A DNA stretch of 64,000 nucleotides from Squalus acanthias (taxonomy: Eukaryota): positions 31,992,001-32,056,000 of the forward strand of contig CM059439.1 of assembly GCA_030390025.1 (NCBI GenBank), written 5' to 3'. The notes under the pieces were generated by a model, which saw nothing but the letters and a program-made list of their open reading frames with translations, did no database searches and was not told the DNA's origin. This document shows, piece after piece, positions 37,716-50,949 of the stretch (position 1 is its first letter; the number at the start of each line of letters is the position of its first letter). The position numbers were made by a program, and so were the translations under genes.

Positions 37716-38753
37716 CCTTGTGGCTTCCTCATTTCAGATACCCAAGAAATCCAGTCTGCCCAGCCAGTGGTTCACCAAGAAGAGGGAGAGGAGAATGACG
37801 AAGAAGAAGAAACACCATCATTTGATTTGACACTCCCAGCTACCAGCTCCTCGAGGTTGTCCTGCAAAGCCATCTGCAGTCTCCCCCACTGAAAGTCAGC
37901 AGCCTTCCACCAGCCACGCTGCAGCCACTGGGGTAGCACAGCGTGACATCAGTAGGATAGGCAAAGGCACACACAAGACAGTCACTAAGAGAATGCATAC
38001 GGGTAATAAGTTGATTTCTTGATGAATTATTGCATGTATATATGGATAAAGTTGGACTGGAAAGTTTGCTTTGTGGTGGCTTTTATTTCAGCAATGTGGC
38101 CAAAAGGACGCTGTGATGGTCAGTAACAGAGGGAAGGTAAGGTGTGGGACAAACGTTGAAAGGGGAATTGGGGTTGTGTTCACTGGTACCGCAGGCAGAT
38201 GATTCAATAGCGGCCAGAAAGGGGCTGTCTGGGTTGCCTGCTTCCTCCTCTTCCCTCTGCGAGCAGCTTGTCCCCTTTGCTGCCTCTGCTTCATCTCCAT
38301 TTGATGTTGGAGCCCAAGGGGGGCTGCAACTAGAGCCCCCCAGGACTGGGAGCAAGTGGTGTTCTCAGAGGCTTTAATATCCAAAGCCTTGCAAGCATCC
38401 AGCAGCACTCCCTGCACACTTTAACAAACTTTCTAAATGTATTGCACCAAGACATTACTTCAACAAAATATTTAAAAAAGTCCAAAAGCTGAATTAGAAA
38501 CTTACCTGAAAGATGTGGGTGTCCCTTTAAGAAGCGTTGACAGCATCTCTGTACGACTGCTGCACGCACGTTCTTCCATGCGTGGTTAGGAGAGGGCGTT
38601 ATAGCGCCGATTGACGTCACGGTCTGCATATTTACATTGGAGAGGCGAGCGCAGGCAACGGAGGTGCTGCTGACCTCTCCAAAATGGCGGCCGCCATTTT
38701 TTTCAAGAAAACCGGCATTAATGGCCAGCGCTACTATGGGGAATTTCTAGGCC
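37716..38753. mobile_element. Composite Harbinger-like remnant ending in a TIR-like aatttctaggcc
   Basis: GC-rich decayed coding-like text, a CpG-rich subterminal region (aaaatggcggccgccatttt) and an end resembling the other GGCC..AATT TIRs. Confidence 0.45.
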
Positions 38754-39708
38754 GATATCTCTGTGATAGCACCAGAATACACACAGCTTGCTTCCACCCA
38801 TGAGAGGGTAGGAAAAATGGTCCTTGTGGGTAACAGGACTTTCATATTCAAATTTCTCATACAAAATACCACTGGAAGTCTCCCTACATAAGCAAATTCC
38901 TAAACCAATCAAAATTGCTCTTCCTGTCCTCTTAAAAAATAGTAACATAAGTATCAGGTTAAATTCAGATTAAAGAAAACAGGATGTGTTCTGTTAACCA
39001 AGATACAGCTTTTAGAAGCCTAGACAGATAGATTTTAGGAATATCTGCAATTTGGCCTTAAATCCAATATGGCATCTTAGTCAATAATCAATTATTATTT
39101 TACTGATCATTCTGTACCTGCGCAATTACTATTAAAACTAAAACATGATGGCAGCTCCTAGTCAGAATACAGTAGAACACAGTGCTGAACAAATTGAATT
39201 AATTAACAGACACTGGTATCACACTTCTTACTGAATATCAACAGCTTTCTTGGAAAGGCTATAGAACATATGAAGCCTGGAGGGAAAATCATCCAGCCAC
39301 CAAGTTGCATTTTTCTTGCCCTCTCACTCATTACTTGTTAGTCAATGGAATAACGTGGGGCGAGAAGAATGTGTTGGAAACTCTAACCTTTCTTACTGAC
39401 ACATGCATCAGGGGGCACTACATCTCACGATGGAAGATAATTGCAGTCTGGGCAATTTTTTTTTTTAAAAAGCTAATGGTGTCGTATTGCAATTAGGTTT
39501 TCATAGTTTGCTTGGACCTTTCATAAATGCAAAAAAAATGTGTGGAACATAACTCAATGTGTAAATATCTAAAGTGAAGCTAACTCATGTTTAGGCTGGG
39601 ATGCAAGTCAAAAGCCATAAAGCTGAAGAGATTTACGGCATGAGATCCAGAAAATAACTGCTAATATATTTTATGTCCCTATTCATGTTTTCAAATGTTA
39701 TTTCTGAG

Positions 39709-39875
39709 CAATGTTCCCTTTAAGCTGTGCGACCGCACAGTAATGGGAAAGGTCCCGCGCAGGCCGCTCACCTGCTTTTCCATTGTAAATATCACGCAGG
39801 CGAATAAATTTAAAGGGACCGCACATTAAAAGAAAAAGGCCGTGTAGAACAAAGCGCAGCTTACAGGGAACATTG
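39709..39875. mobile_element. hAT-type MITE
   Basis: TIRs CAATGTTCCCTTTAAGCTG and CAGCTTACAGGGAACATTG, with an 8-bp TSD TTTCTGAG / TTTCAGAG (7 of 8 match). Confidence 0.85.
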
Positions 39876-42800
39876 TTTCAGAGTATTATAAAATGATAAC
39901 TTGGTACATATCTCATAGTATATTTATATATTTCTTTTGTTATTTTAGTGTTGAAATCCTTGTTTGTGAAGTCATATTCAGACATTAGGAACATTTCTTC
40001 TGCTTAGAATTATTCAAAGAAATGCAGTTGCAATCATCCAAACGCTCAATTTAAAGTTTCCTCTTTGCTAATTGTGCAGCTAATGGAATGCACCACAAGT
40101 ATCATTATAATGACATCAGAAATGCTTCCAACGCTGCCAGAAACACTCCCACCAATATCATTTGAAAACCTCCATAATCTACAAAGAATTGGTAAAAAAA
40201 ATGTTAACACTTGAAACTAGGAAGAATGTGGATTATTAAAACACAAAATATAATTTTACGCTTAAAATCTGTGTTTATTAATTCTGTGTCAGCAGACACA
40301 TAGAACTGGAAATATTCTTTATAAAACATTGCACAAAAGATAAGGGATACCTTCTGAAAGTGTAAACCGATTATGTCCAGAATACATTGCGCATCACTTT
40401 GTGGGCTCAATGTATTTCACGATTTAGTATTCTATATACATTTAACTTTTTTTAAATTGAAAGAAATTGGCTCGTTTGAGAATTTCGTTTCTGTTCTGCT
40501 GTAGACAGGAAAGGGTTAATTTGATAACACAGAGAGAAAATTAATTCTAAAAATAAAACCAGGCAAGGAAGACATATTTATTTTAAATTTTGGGAATACG
40601 CCTCACTGTAAAACGACTAACCTGGCCCTGACAATTCGAAAATAAATGACCATAATGTGTTAGATAAAGACTCACACAGCCCTGTACATTATACCCACAG
40701 TGTAGCCCTGCTCTGCCCTGCCACTTGTTTACAGCTGCCCCAAGTCCTTGCAAGTCAGTTCCTGCACCAGGAAGCTGATCTCTTCTCCCTCTTGGCTTGG
40801 CTTTCCTGAGGCTGTCAATGGACGGAGCTATAGATCAATCAGGTCAGCCCATGAGGAGGCCTGTCAGAACTTTCTGTCAAAGCACTTAATAGTGTCAGTT
40901 CCTGTAACCTCACAGCTGTGAATTTATGCCTGGAAGCTCACCCAGGGATATGTTAAAATAACATACTTTATTAGTGTTTTTAGATCACAGGGTGTGTCAT
41001 GCAGCCTTCCAATGTCCCCCTCAATCTTCATGTCAACCCTCATTTGTAGGGTGCCGAAGAATTTATTACACAGGCAATTACAATGTTAATTGGAAAGTAA
41101 GAAAAATCAATTAATTCACAAATTTTCCAATTAAAATAGAGATAAATCATAAAGCTGTTATTAGCAAAAGGCCAAATCTGTTAACTTTTAGCAGGGGAAA
41201 AAAAAAGTAGCTGAGCCTTGCCTGGTGCCCTTGAGTGACTTTCCTCACAAAAGCTGCCATCAGCAGAATGGGGCAGAAGACAGATAAAAAAAATATCGAC
41301 TGGGCAGGAGGAACACTTCTTCTTTATTGATCAGAGGAGAATTTAACTTTCTGTGCATACACACAGTGTCAGCAGGGCCACAGGGCAAATTGAAATGAGC
41401 TGGCTGCAAAGCTGACAAGCAAAGCGCAGGAACAGAGACGCAACAAACTGGACAATCTGTCCTCGTCCGACTGCAACCATTCGCATTGGTAAATTTACTC
41501 ATCCTTATTGTTACACTTTCTTGTAAGAAAGGATAGCCTGTGATGCTAACAGGGTGGATTTCGTTACTGATGCATATTTTAGGTTTTCCTACCTGTTGGT
41601 TGGTATTTTTGACTCGCTCAGTTGATGAATCGAATGAAATGTGGTTTTTTTTTTAGGTGCTATAGTTACCCAATACTTTAGAAGCAATTGCCAGTTTTTT
41701 AAATTTCCAGGGGTGCGCAAGAGATGCCGCAAAATGTAATTTTTTAATTACCCTCCTGTACAAATGCCAAACAGGCAGGTTGAAGGGGCATGTCACAGGT
41801 GCAAAAACCTAATGAAATGATGCACAGAAGAAATCTGATAGCTGATTACATTGCAACAAATGATAAATACATGAAGCAAGACTTGTCTGCCATATTCTAA
41901 TTTTTATCAACGTTTAGTAAGACACTGTATGGGAGGGACAGGGTAAACAAAACAGGACAAAATCCATTCAATCTCATTTTGTGACGTTAATGGAGGGTGC
42001 GCTGGAAAGGTGTGTGGCGTAATGTGGGAACAATGTACATCTTTCTGCATATTTTATTTGTTCAAATCATATTGCAGAAATGCTTGACAATATTTGAAAC
42101 TGGCATCTACATATTGTTGTTATATAATTATTAGAGAGTAGCACCCTTTATATGGAAAGTGCAAACACATTAAGAAACATATAAGTGGCTGGTGATCATT
42201 TCAATTAGAATGAAGGCATAATAAAATACTTGTAAAAACTTAAAATCCATTCATTTGTTTTGAGTTGAAAAGAATTTATAATAATTGTATGATATTGATG
42301 GTTGATGCTCTCCTTTTAATGTAATGATCTAATGTGCACCGTGTAGGATTAGCAGCTGTACACTTCAAAATGGAAAAGACCCACTTTTAGTCTCGCACAG
42401 AAGAGGAAGACGAGAACATCACAAGCTAATCCTCCTTCCTCTACATCTCCCTAACGCTCTGCACTTCCTTTGTTCACGTTCTTCTTGAATTGGAGAATGC
42501 ACCTCTAGATGACAGGAGCACAACCGTCATTGCAAGTACAATATTGTATTCCCAGGACTACAGTAGATGCATCTGATTAATAACAAAAATGTTTACTTGA
42601 AGGCACAGACATGGATTCTTGAGCCTTGCCTTTGCCTGATTGGTGCTTCCATCCATCATTAAGTACAACTGCATTTTTCAATTCTCAGTACAAGATAGGA
42701 CTTCACTAGGGGAGGAAGAAAATCTCTCATCCAGCCTCTTCTCCACCTTGCACCTCCAGTACATGCACCCTTGCTTCTGCTGGAGATGCTGATCAAGGAG

Positions 42801-42879
42801 CATTAGATAGGATTCTTTTGATACTAATGGCATTGTGCATACACTCTAGCTTTACTTAGAAATATGGAATTCGTAGACC

Positions 42880-43270
42880 ATTGCACACATCGAAATTACA
42901 ACATGGATGCAGGCCATTTGGCCCAACCAGTCCGCCTTGGTGTTTACCCTCCACTCAAGCAGTAGCATAATCCCATGTTCCAGCCCGGTATCCATATCCC
43001 TTTATCCCCTTTCTGTTAACTGCCTATCTAACCTATTCTTAAAAGTTGACATGGTCTGTGCTTTAATCACTAACTCCAGCAGTACATTCCACAGCCTCAC
43101 ATCCCTCGGTGTAAAATGTTTCTCCTGCTCTTGATTCTAAATCTCTTACATTTAAGCTTATTTCTCTGTCCCTCTGTTCTCGAGCCCTCAGTACTGGTGA
43201 CTGTTTCAATCAACTCTGTCCCAACCCTTCACAATTTTAAATACCAACTATCAAATTTGCCCCTTATTCT
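42880..43270 (-). mobile_element. Decayed CR1 3' fragment
   Basis: gcaggccatttggcccaaccagtc..., cattccacagcctcac..., tgtccctctgttct are CR1 3' motifs in reverse orientation. Confidence 0.65.
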
Positions 43271-43627
43271 CTATATTTATGCGTACAATCTATATTCAAA
43301 TTTAAAGGAGAATTAATTTACAAAAGCTGGGGACCTTTAGAATGGTACTATAGTTAAAGTTTTTCCCTTAACTTGACACACTGAGCAAACTGCCTCTTGG
43401 TCTGTATGGCTGATTAAGATACCAGGAAGCATATTTAGCAGCTGAGCTACAAACTACTTGTATATCTGAACTGCCCATGGTCTCATGAATCTCCCATAAA
43501 TGATGGTCTGCATTGCATATATAACCTACTAGGCTTCCCAATTGAAAAACTTTTTTAAACCATCTTTTCTAAAATATTTCACTCACTTTAACACCATAAA
43601 GCTGCAATGACTGTGTACTAGTAAGAT

Positions 43628-43706
43628 ACCATGATCTTATTGAATGGCGGAGCAGGCTCAAGGGGCCGAATGGCCTACTCCTGCTCCTAATTTCTTATGT
43701 TCTTAT
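43628..43706 (+). mobile_element. CR1 (or CR1-tailed SINE) 3' terminus; similar pieces at ~45510-45600 and ~54170-54240
   Basis: atgatcttattgaatggcggagcaggctcaaggggccgaatggcctactcctgctcctaatttcttatgttcttat. Confidence 0.8.
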
Positions 43707-43949
43707 ACCAGCCCATTCGAAGAACAATCTAGAAGTTATGCCTCCACATCAGCTGCATGGATTGGGGTTGGAAACCACAGGCATTAAGGTCCCGTATATC
43801 CCTGCTTGAGTGCATGCACCATATACCAATGCATTTATGTGACAGCAAATGCACTATACGATGCATTCTGGGCTGAAATGTTCTTAATCCTGTACTGGCT
43901 CTAGTTACACTGGAGCTGATGCACAGAATGAGTAGTGCAAACTCACCTG

Positions 43950-44560
43950 CTTCTGATGGTTTCTGTATTCAATGCCTTTTTGCTGCTCCTAACCTGGTCC
44001 ACAGTGAAGGCTATATCCATGGCTATACGGTCATGCAGCACACTGCAACAGTTTTGCCCACCTTCATTGTGGAATATTGTAAGGTTCTTTCCCTAACCTA
44101 TCTGAAGTGTTTGTTTAGCACCTTAAATGTTTGCTCTATGAGGGTCTTAGTTCGCACATGTGCATTGTTACATCTGATCTCTGCTAGGGTGCAGAGGTTG
44201 TGCAGAGAAATCAGGCATATTTGCATCCAATGCTCCATTTTTCCAACATAAAAAAAGCAGCCCTCCGACTTTTCCTTCTTCATCAAAGAGCTGTGGCACA
44301 TTTGATTGCTTCAGAATATAGTCATCATCTATAGTCCTCAGGAGGTCCAAGGAGCTGTGTCCGTTGTGGTATACCCATCCCCTGGGGTTGTTAGTTCTGT
44401 GAGTGGTGTGGCATTTCTTATCTCTTGTTTTCCCTCTCCCGTTGCATTATGGAATAACTGGCAACAGCCATACCCACAGTGGGGACATGGAAGCAGCACA
44501 ATATTCGCTTCTGCCAGTACTCTGGCGAATCTTTGAAATCTTTCCGCTCATTAACAAAAC
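43950..44560 (-). pseudogene. PIF/Harbinger (HARBI1-like DDE) transposase relic
   Basis: Frameshifted minus-strand pieces DDYILKQSNVPQLF, EIRCNNAHVRTKTLIEQTFKVLNKHFR and LQYSTMKVGKTVAVCCM match the HDS..L / YN.AH.RTR..IE..FG.LK.RFR / LQY....V..IV..CC.LHN pattern. Confidence 0.8.
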
Positions 44561-45773
44561 CACCTCACATGTGGGTAATGAGCCCAATCTGTGCATTTGT
44601 CTCACTATGAGCAAAACTTAAGTTTGTCTTGATTGCCCTACAACAAAGACTTAAAATTCCTTAACAAGCAATTTTTTTTTTCATGGGCAATTTTACACAA
44701 ACACATTTTAGCATGGTGCCAGAATCTTAGTAGAGAAATAACAGAAGTAAACTACATTACCAGTCTTGCTCACCTACTTATTCACATCTACCTTTTCATT
44801 AAACTTTATCACAGAGGAAAATGTAGCCCAGTGTTACATTTCAAACATACTGTTTCATTTTTTTCCCATTTCACATTCATTCAGCTCTTATTTTGCCAAT
44901 ATGACACACTATCATTAAAGCAAGATTTTATAGAAATTGGTCAAATTTAAAATGTCATCTTCAATGAAACTCTTTAAAAATTTACATGCACGGCATGCTG
45001 CTGGACTGACTTTATATGGAATTACAAAGGATGATTTATGAATGAGTATCATACGAATACCGCATTGAAGAATGTGCTTAATGTATAACCGTGGGTCAGG
45101 GATGAAAATTTGGATTCAGAAGTACCAGAATTTGTTTCCTCAAAATTTGAAATTCAAATAAATAAAGAGATTAGTGCCCTCTCCTCTCCTCTCTCCCCGC
45201 CACCAACCCCCTCCCTTGCCGAGACTGCCAAGGACTCAGATGAATATTGCCACTAGATAAGTAAAATTTACAACTATTAGATCAGTAGAGGTTGAACTCT
45301 ATCCCACTGCTCACACCCACAACTAGGCCATCACAGAGTGAATGCATTCATTACCTGAGAGGTGTATCCATTACGAGTCAAGTGACGTAAATAAACAAAT
45401 GTGCATTCCTACACCACCAGCTTTAAAGGACACATGCCCATCACAAGACCATCAAAAAATTACAGATGAATATTAAAACAAAAAATAGATGCAAACCACA
45501 ACCATTGATGGCGGTAGATGGAGTCAAGATACAGATCAGCCATCTAATTGAATGGCGGAACAGGCTCGAGGGGCTGAATGGCCTCCTCCTGTTCCTATGC
45601 ACACCAACCCACAAACGACAATGGAGAGGAATACACATTGAACAACAAAGAAAGTGGCATTCTTCATGTATATTGTAAATCTGACCAAATACGCTATCAC
45701 TTTTTACAAAGGGACAAGTACCATATTTCTGAATCTAAATTCCCTGTACCCCCAAACTGAACAAAACACAATG

Positions 45774-45930
45774 GGGGGCAATCTTCACCTTCACTGCTTG
45801 GGTGGTAAACCGGAGGAGGGATCAGCTACCAAATATAGAACCCACTCGATGGAAATTAAAAGTTCTGTAACGGGCGGGCAATCCGTTCTGCCAGCTTACT
45901 GCCCAAGCAGTGAAAGTGAAAATTACCCCC
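45774..45930. mobile_element. Short MITE with ~35-bp imperfect TIRs
   Basis: GGGGGCAATCTTCACCTTCACTGCTTGGGTGGTAA pairs with TTACTGCCCAAGCAGTGAAAGTGAAAATTACCCCC. Confidence 0.8.
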
Positions 45931-46087
45931 AGTGTGACCAACTTGACTTTAAGATTTTGGGTTCCCTATTACAGACATACCGCTGGGCGGAAAACTGGTG
46001 GTAATGGATTGGTCGCCCGTTATACAGGCTGTCCGATTTTTCTTTCCATTGAAATCTACCTCATCTAATAGAAATGCATACACGGCA

Positions 46088-46412
46088 ACAACAACAATAA
46101 CAACTTGCATTTCTATAACACCTTTAACGTAGCAAAACGTCCCAAGGCACTTCACAGGAGTGTTAGCAAACGAAATTTGACACCGAGCCACATATGGAGA
46201 TATCAGGACACATGGCCAAAAGCTTGGTCAAAGAGGTAGGTTTTAAGAAGCGTCTTAAAGAAGGAGAGAGAGGTAGAGAGGCGGAAAGCTTTAGGGAGGG
46301 AATTCCAGAGCTTCGGGCCCTGGCAGCTGAAGGCACGGCCGCCAATGGTGGAGCGATTAAAATCGGGGATGCGCAACAAGCCAGATTTGGAGGAGCACAG
46401 AGATCTCGGAGG
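46088..46412 (-). mobile_element. L2 LINE 3' end
   Basis: ORF RSTIGGRAFSCQGPKLWNSLP..FKTLLKTYLFDQAF with a (TTG)n tail. Confidence 0.92.
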
Positions 46413-47313
46413 GATGGGCTCAAAGCTCACCAATATCCCGCATGCACAGAGCAGGGCATTCCACAAATAGAGGCACCACTGTAGGAATCAAGGAAAAATC
46501 TGATTGGTTGGATTGTCGTTCAACACCTACAGTGTGACAGGAAATGAGTCCAGTATCTGCACTGAGGCAGATGCTTTTTTTCACTTAAAAGTGGCTATCT
46601 TCTCTCATTTCCATTTGATGGCCTCAATTTATCTCAGTATGGCAGAGAAAACAGCCATAAGCATATGATTCAGAGCTGTTCCAACTTCAAAATTGTCACA
46701 GCTCTTAATAGTAGTGTTGTCACTCATGAGAAATGAATATATGTGTCTCTTCACTGTCCATTACCCTGTCAGCACCTACAGAGGCATTTCTGAGCTCTGC
46801 CATATTTACTCAATAATTGCCAGAGCAGGAATTACATTGCATTTTTCCAAGCAATATACAGTGCTAATAATAACACAAGTGGAGCTGATTTCCATCAGAA
46901 ATAAGGGTCTGAGCAGTCCATAGTGAGCCAGACTATATTTCTGTGGTAACACTTGTCTATAGGAAGCACGTCTCCATACTGACTGATTGTACAAATACTG
47001 GGAGAGAAAGAACTCCTTGACTGATGACCTGTTACCTCTTTTGCAATGTAACTATCTGATGCCATTTCTACCTACTACATTCAATCTGTGCTATACCTTG
47101 CATCCCGACTATTTCCCTCTTCCCACAAGTTTTTTAAAAATTCATTCATGGGATGTGGGCGTCGCTGGCAAGGCCAGCATTTTTTTTGTGGATTTTCCCT
47201 AGTCTCCTGTTGCCTTCACACAGCCAAAACCGAGGGGGATTTGGGTCATGCAAATGAGCAGCTGGAGCCGCAATGATGAGTCACATCGTGAAGCAGCAGC
47301 AATGAGTCACATA

Positions 47314-47482
47314 GGGGTAGATTTTCAGCCTTCTGCCCTGGCGTTACGGATCAGCCGCCCCTTATAGAAACGACCCGCTTTTTATTTCATTGAAATGGAA
47401 ATGAAAATGAGGCAGTTTCTATACTGGGCGGCCAATCGCAACATCAGATTTACGCCCGGACGGCAAGTCGAAAGTCTACCCC
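47314..47482. mobile_element. Short Harbinger-like MITE
   Basis: TIRs GGGGTAGATTTTC and GAAAGTCTACCCC, with a 3-bp TSD ATA on both sides. Confidence 0.85.
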
Positions 47483-47569
47483 ATAGTAGGGCAGCAGTCA
47501 GGGATTATGTGATGGAGTAGGAGCTAATGTAACAGTAAGAATTTGTGTGAAGGCATATAACAAAAACCA

Positions 47570-48000
47570 GAACGATTTAAATTTATATAGTGCCTTATCG
47601 CAGCTCTCAGAAATATCTCAAAATAATTCACAAATTATGAACTACTTTAAAGTGCAGTGACTGTTGTAGCATAGGCAAATACAGTAGCCATTTTGTGCAT
47701 AGCAAAATCCCACAAACAACAATGAAATAAGGGACGAATTAATCTCTCTTTGGTAATGCTGGCTGAGGAAGAAATGTTCTTTTGTTCTCTTTCGAATAAT
47801 CCCACTGGATCTTAAATGTTCATCGGAATCACTATAACAGGCATGCAAACCAGTTTGGTGAATTATGGATCTGATAGTGATGTACTCCTTCAGTACTACA
47901 CTGCAGTATCAGCCTAGATTATGTCTTCAAAGTCCTGGAGTGGTACTTGAACCCACAACCTTCTGTCTCCGTGGTAAAAGTGCTACCAACTGAGCAAAGC
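47570..48000 (-). mobile_element. Decayed DeuSINE copy
   Basis: Reverse similarity to 49210-49685: tRNA-like head cttgaacccacaaccttctg..gtgctaccaactgagc and tail atttatatagtgcc. Confidence 0.75.
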
Positions 48001-49209
48001 TGAGATTTCGAAGAGTGACTGAGCTGAAAAGTGAGGGAGAAATTCCTCTCGTCGACAATTCGAGCAAAAAAGTTGGTGCGAGCACAAAATGAGAAATCAA
48101 GTTTTGTTCCATGCCAACATTTCATTAAAACATTTTGGCATGAGGAATGTTACCCCCAGCATGAGGAAGCCAAATTATACAGTGCATTAGTCTCCACTAT
48201 TCAGGTTAAATTGCACTCTGTCACAGTATCAGACCTGATAGTTGCTCAAAGTTAGATCTCCCGATTGCCTCATAAATACTCAAGTGCCAAAATTGTTTTT
48301 CAAAAAAAATATCAAACAGAAATAAACATTTCTTAGCCATAATTCTTGAAAACAGTTTGATTCTTTTTGTTCTTTAAAATTAGTGCTCTATTATTTTATT
48401 CCCTTTTGCCAGGCACCTCTCCTAGATGCAGGGAAGATAAGGGTTGGATTTTTAAAAAGGACCCACTAAATTTCTGTTTAACATTGATTCAAATATCGTG
48501 CAGCTTAGAGCAACGGTAGAAGTGCATTCCAAAATTTCTGTAACAAGTTTGCTTGATCAATAACTAACTAGCACCATGGGTTGTGAATGAGTTATGAAGA
48601 TCTTTCCAATGAGTGAAACAATGTCGGTAACATGCCTTCACTGGTGCGATAGTCTATTCCATGGGTGATTTGTTTTTAAGTTTTAATGCATTGTGGAATC
48701 AATTTGCTAAGTTATCATCCGCGGCAGTGAGTTATCATGTTTGATTTCACTGCACTGAATTCTCGTGTCGCTGAGCAGTAAAATTCTCATTAACACCCAC
48801 TGAGTAAAGATTTGTCAGTCGTTTGAGTTGTGAAGTATTCCTAAAAGTATTAATTTATTATATATATCCATTTCCTGAGTTGTTTTCCAATAATCAAGGG
48901 TTGATTATCACTCGATCACTTGATAATCTTTCAGCGATTATATCACATTCATTAATCCTCATATGAATTCCATCGCCCATCCACTACTGTCGTGACAGCA
49001 GCTGCTGATAGTTCTGCCGTCAGCAAACAAAGTGGAACAAAAGACCCTCATAAGTTTCACGGAATAGATTATTTTAAAAAATCATACCTACTCAGTATCT
49101 CAATAAGGGGTTCAGATGATGGTCACAAACCTATGAGTTGTAACATCATTTGATACCCCTCAATAGGAATACTCCCACTGATTCATTATTTTCTACACAG
49201 CAATGTGCT

Positions 49210-49685
49210 CTGGCTCGGTGGGTAGCACAGTCGCCTCTGAGTCAGAAGGTTGTGGGTTCAAGTCCCACTCCAGGGACTTGCTCCCACTCCAGGGACTTGA
49301 GCACATAAAGCTAGGCTGACACTCCAGTGCAGTGCTGAGGGAGTGCTGCACTGTCGGAGGTGCCGTCTTTCGGATGAGACGTTAAACCGAGGCCCCGTCT
49401 GCTCTCTCAGGTGGACGTATAAGATCCCATGGCACTATTTCAAAGAAGAGCAGGGGAGTTATCCCTGGTGTCCTGGCCAATATTTATCCCTCAATCAACA
49501 TAACAAAAACAGATTATCTGGTCATTATCACATTGCTGTTTGTGGGTGCTTGCTGTGTGCAAATTGGCTGCTGCGTTTCTAACATTACAACAGTGACTAC
49601 ACTCCAAAAGTACTTCATTGGCTGTAAAGCGCTTTGAGACGTCCGGTGGTCGTGAAAGGCGCGATATAAATGCAAGTCTTTCTTT
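49210..49685 (+). mobile_element. Near full-length tRNA-derived DeuSINE (SacSINE1-like) with an L2-type tail
   Basis: A-box-like tggctcggtgg, B-box ggttcaagtcc and Deu core gatgagacgttaaaccgaggccccgtctgc..gatcccatggcact. The tail aaggcgcgatataaatgcaagt is shared with the L2 ends. Confidence 0.88.
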
Positions 49686-50949
49686 ATGCAGTGTATAATT
49701 TCACAGTTAAACCTTTTTTGCTGACAGCTGACCATATGATACTGCAGTATAGAATGAAAATATGGTAAAACAACACAGCCTATTTCATTATGCACAGAAA
49801 TAAACTTCTTAGCCATGCATCTAGCGTAGCACAATGTACACAGCTCAGGTCAGCACACGACCTCAGGTTTTATTACATCTGTAGCCATAAGGGTCCAAAT
49901 CATTCAGTGCTTTTTTGTGACACTAGTGCATCTCCCTTGAGATGGTGGATTGGAGGATATGCTGCTTTATAAGGACAGGACTATTATACTATGTAACATG
50001 CAATGTTTGGAAAAAAAAACAGCCAATGACATTTTTACATTTTTCATTTGTTGTTTCTCTCCTATTTTGTGTGCTTTTCTCTACACTGTGCCTTTTCCAA
50101 TCTCAGTCAAGCCATCAAGGAAACAAATGGAAGCCAGGCATGTTCCCATAGATGGGGGGGGGGGGGGGAGGGGCGGGTTTGTGGGAGTAAAACCGTTGGA
50201 CACATCATTTGCAACTGTTGGTTGCAAATCTGCCTCCTTCCCTGTGGGGAAGCACTAATATTCCTCTCTTACCTTTACTTCATTCAGATCACATATATCG
50301 CCACGGACTGCAAGGAGTTAAAGCTACAGCTGATCATCTGGTGAAAAAAGCTAAATCATAAACTCTGCTGACACTGTTGTCGACTTGTGACAAATGAAAA
50401 GGAATGATGCCTTTGCCTAAATAATAGTTGCTATCGAATAAAAGACAAGTCTCGTCTCCTGATACACTCATCCTTACACAAGTAGCAGAAGAATAAGGCC
50501 TCAGTATTAATTATTAAATAATGGCTCTCTTTGTGCCATGATAGATAACATTCAATCCATTCAGTTATTCAGGCAATACTGGCTAATCTTTAGCACAATG
50601 GCTCCCTGAACACGATCCTTGCTCCCTACCCTCTTTAACCCTTCTTGGTTCTTGTAATTTTGAAGCCATACCATATTGATTAAAATAATGCCAATTGATT
50701 TTTTTTAATGTACACTTTTCTACTCAAACTGATTTTTCCAAACTTTTCAAAAGAATATCTACAGTTTAAATGGTATAAATGGTTTAGTAGATTAAAGGAG
50801 CATAAGCCAGAAATAGGGTTACAACACTGTAATGCCGTGCTCCCTTCAAGTGCAACCCCACACCCCCACCCACCCCGTAAAAGCATAGGATTGATGAATC
50901 TATCTTTATATCTGTAACCTTAAGTCCATAGCTGCCATCCGTATTTATT

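Noticed and set aside
49210-49275. tRNA gene
   Set aside because: The A and B boxes continue directly into a SINE body, with no complete cloverleaf.
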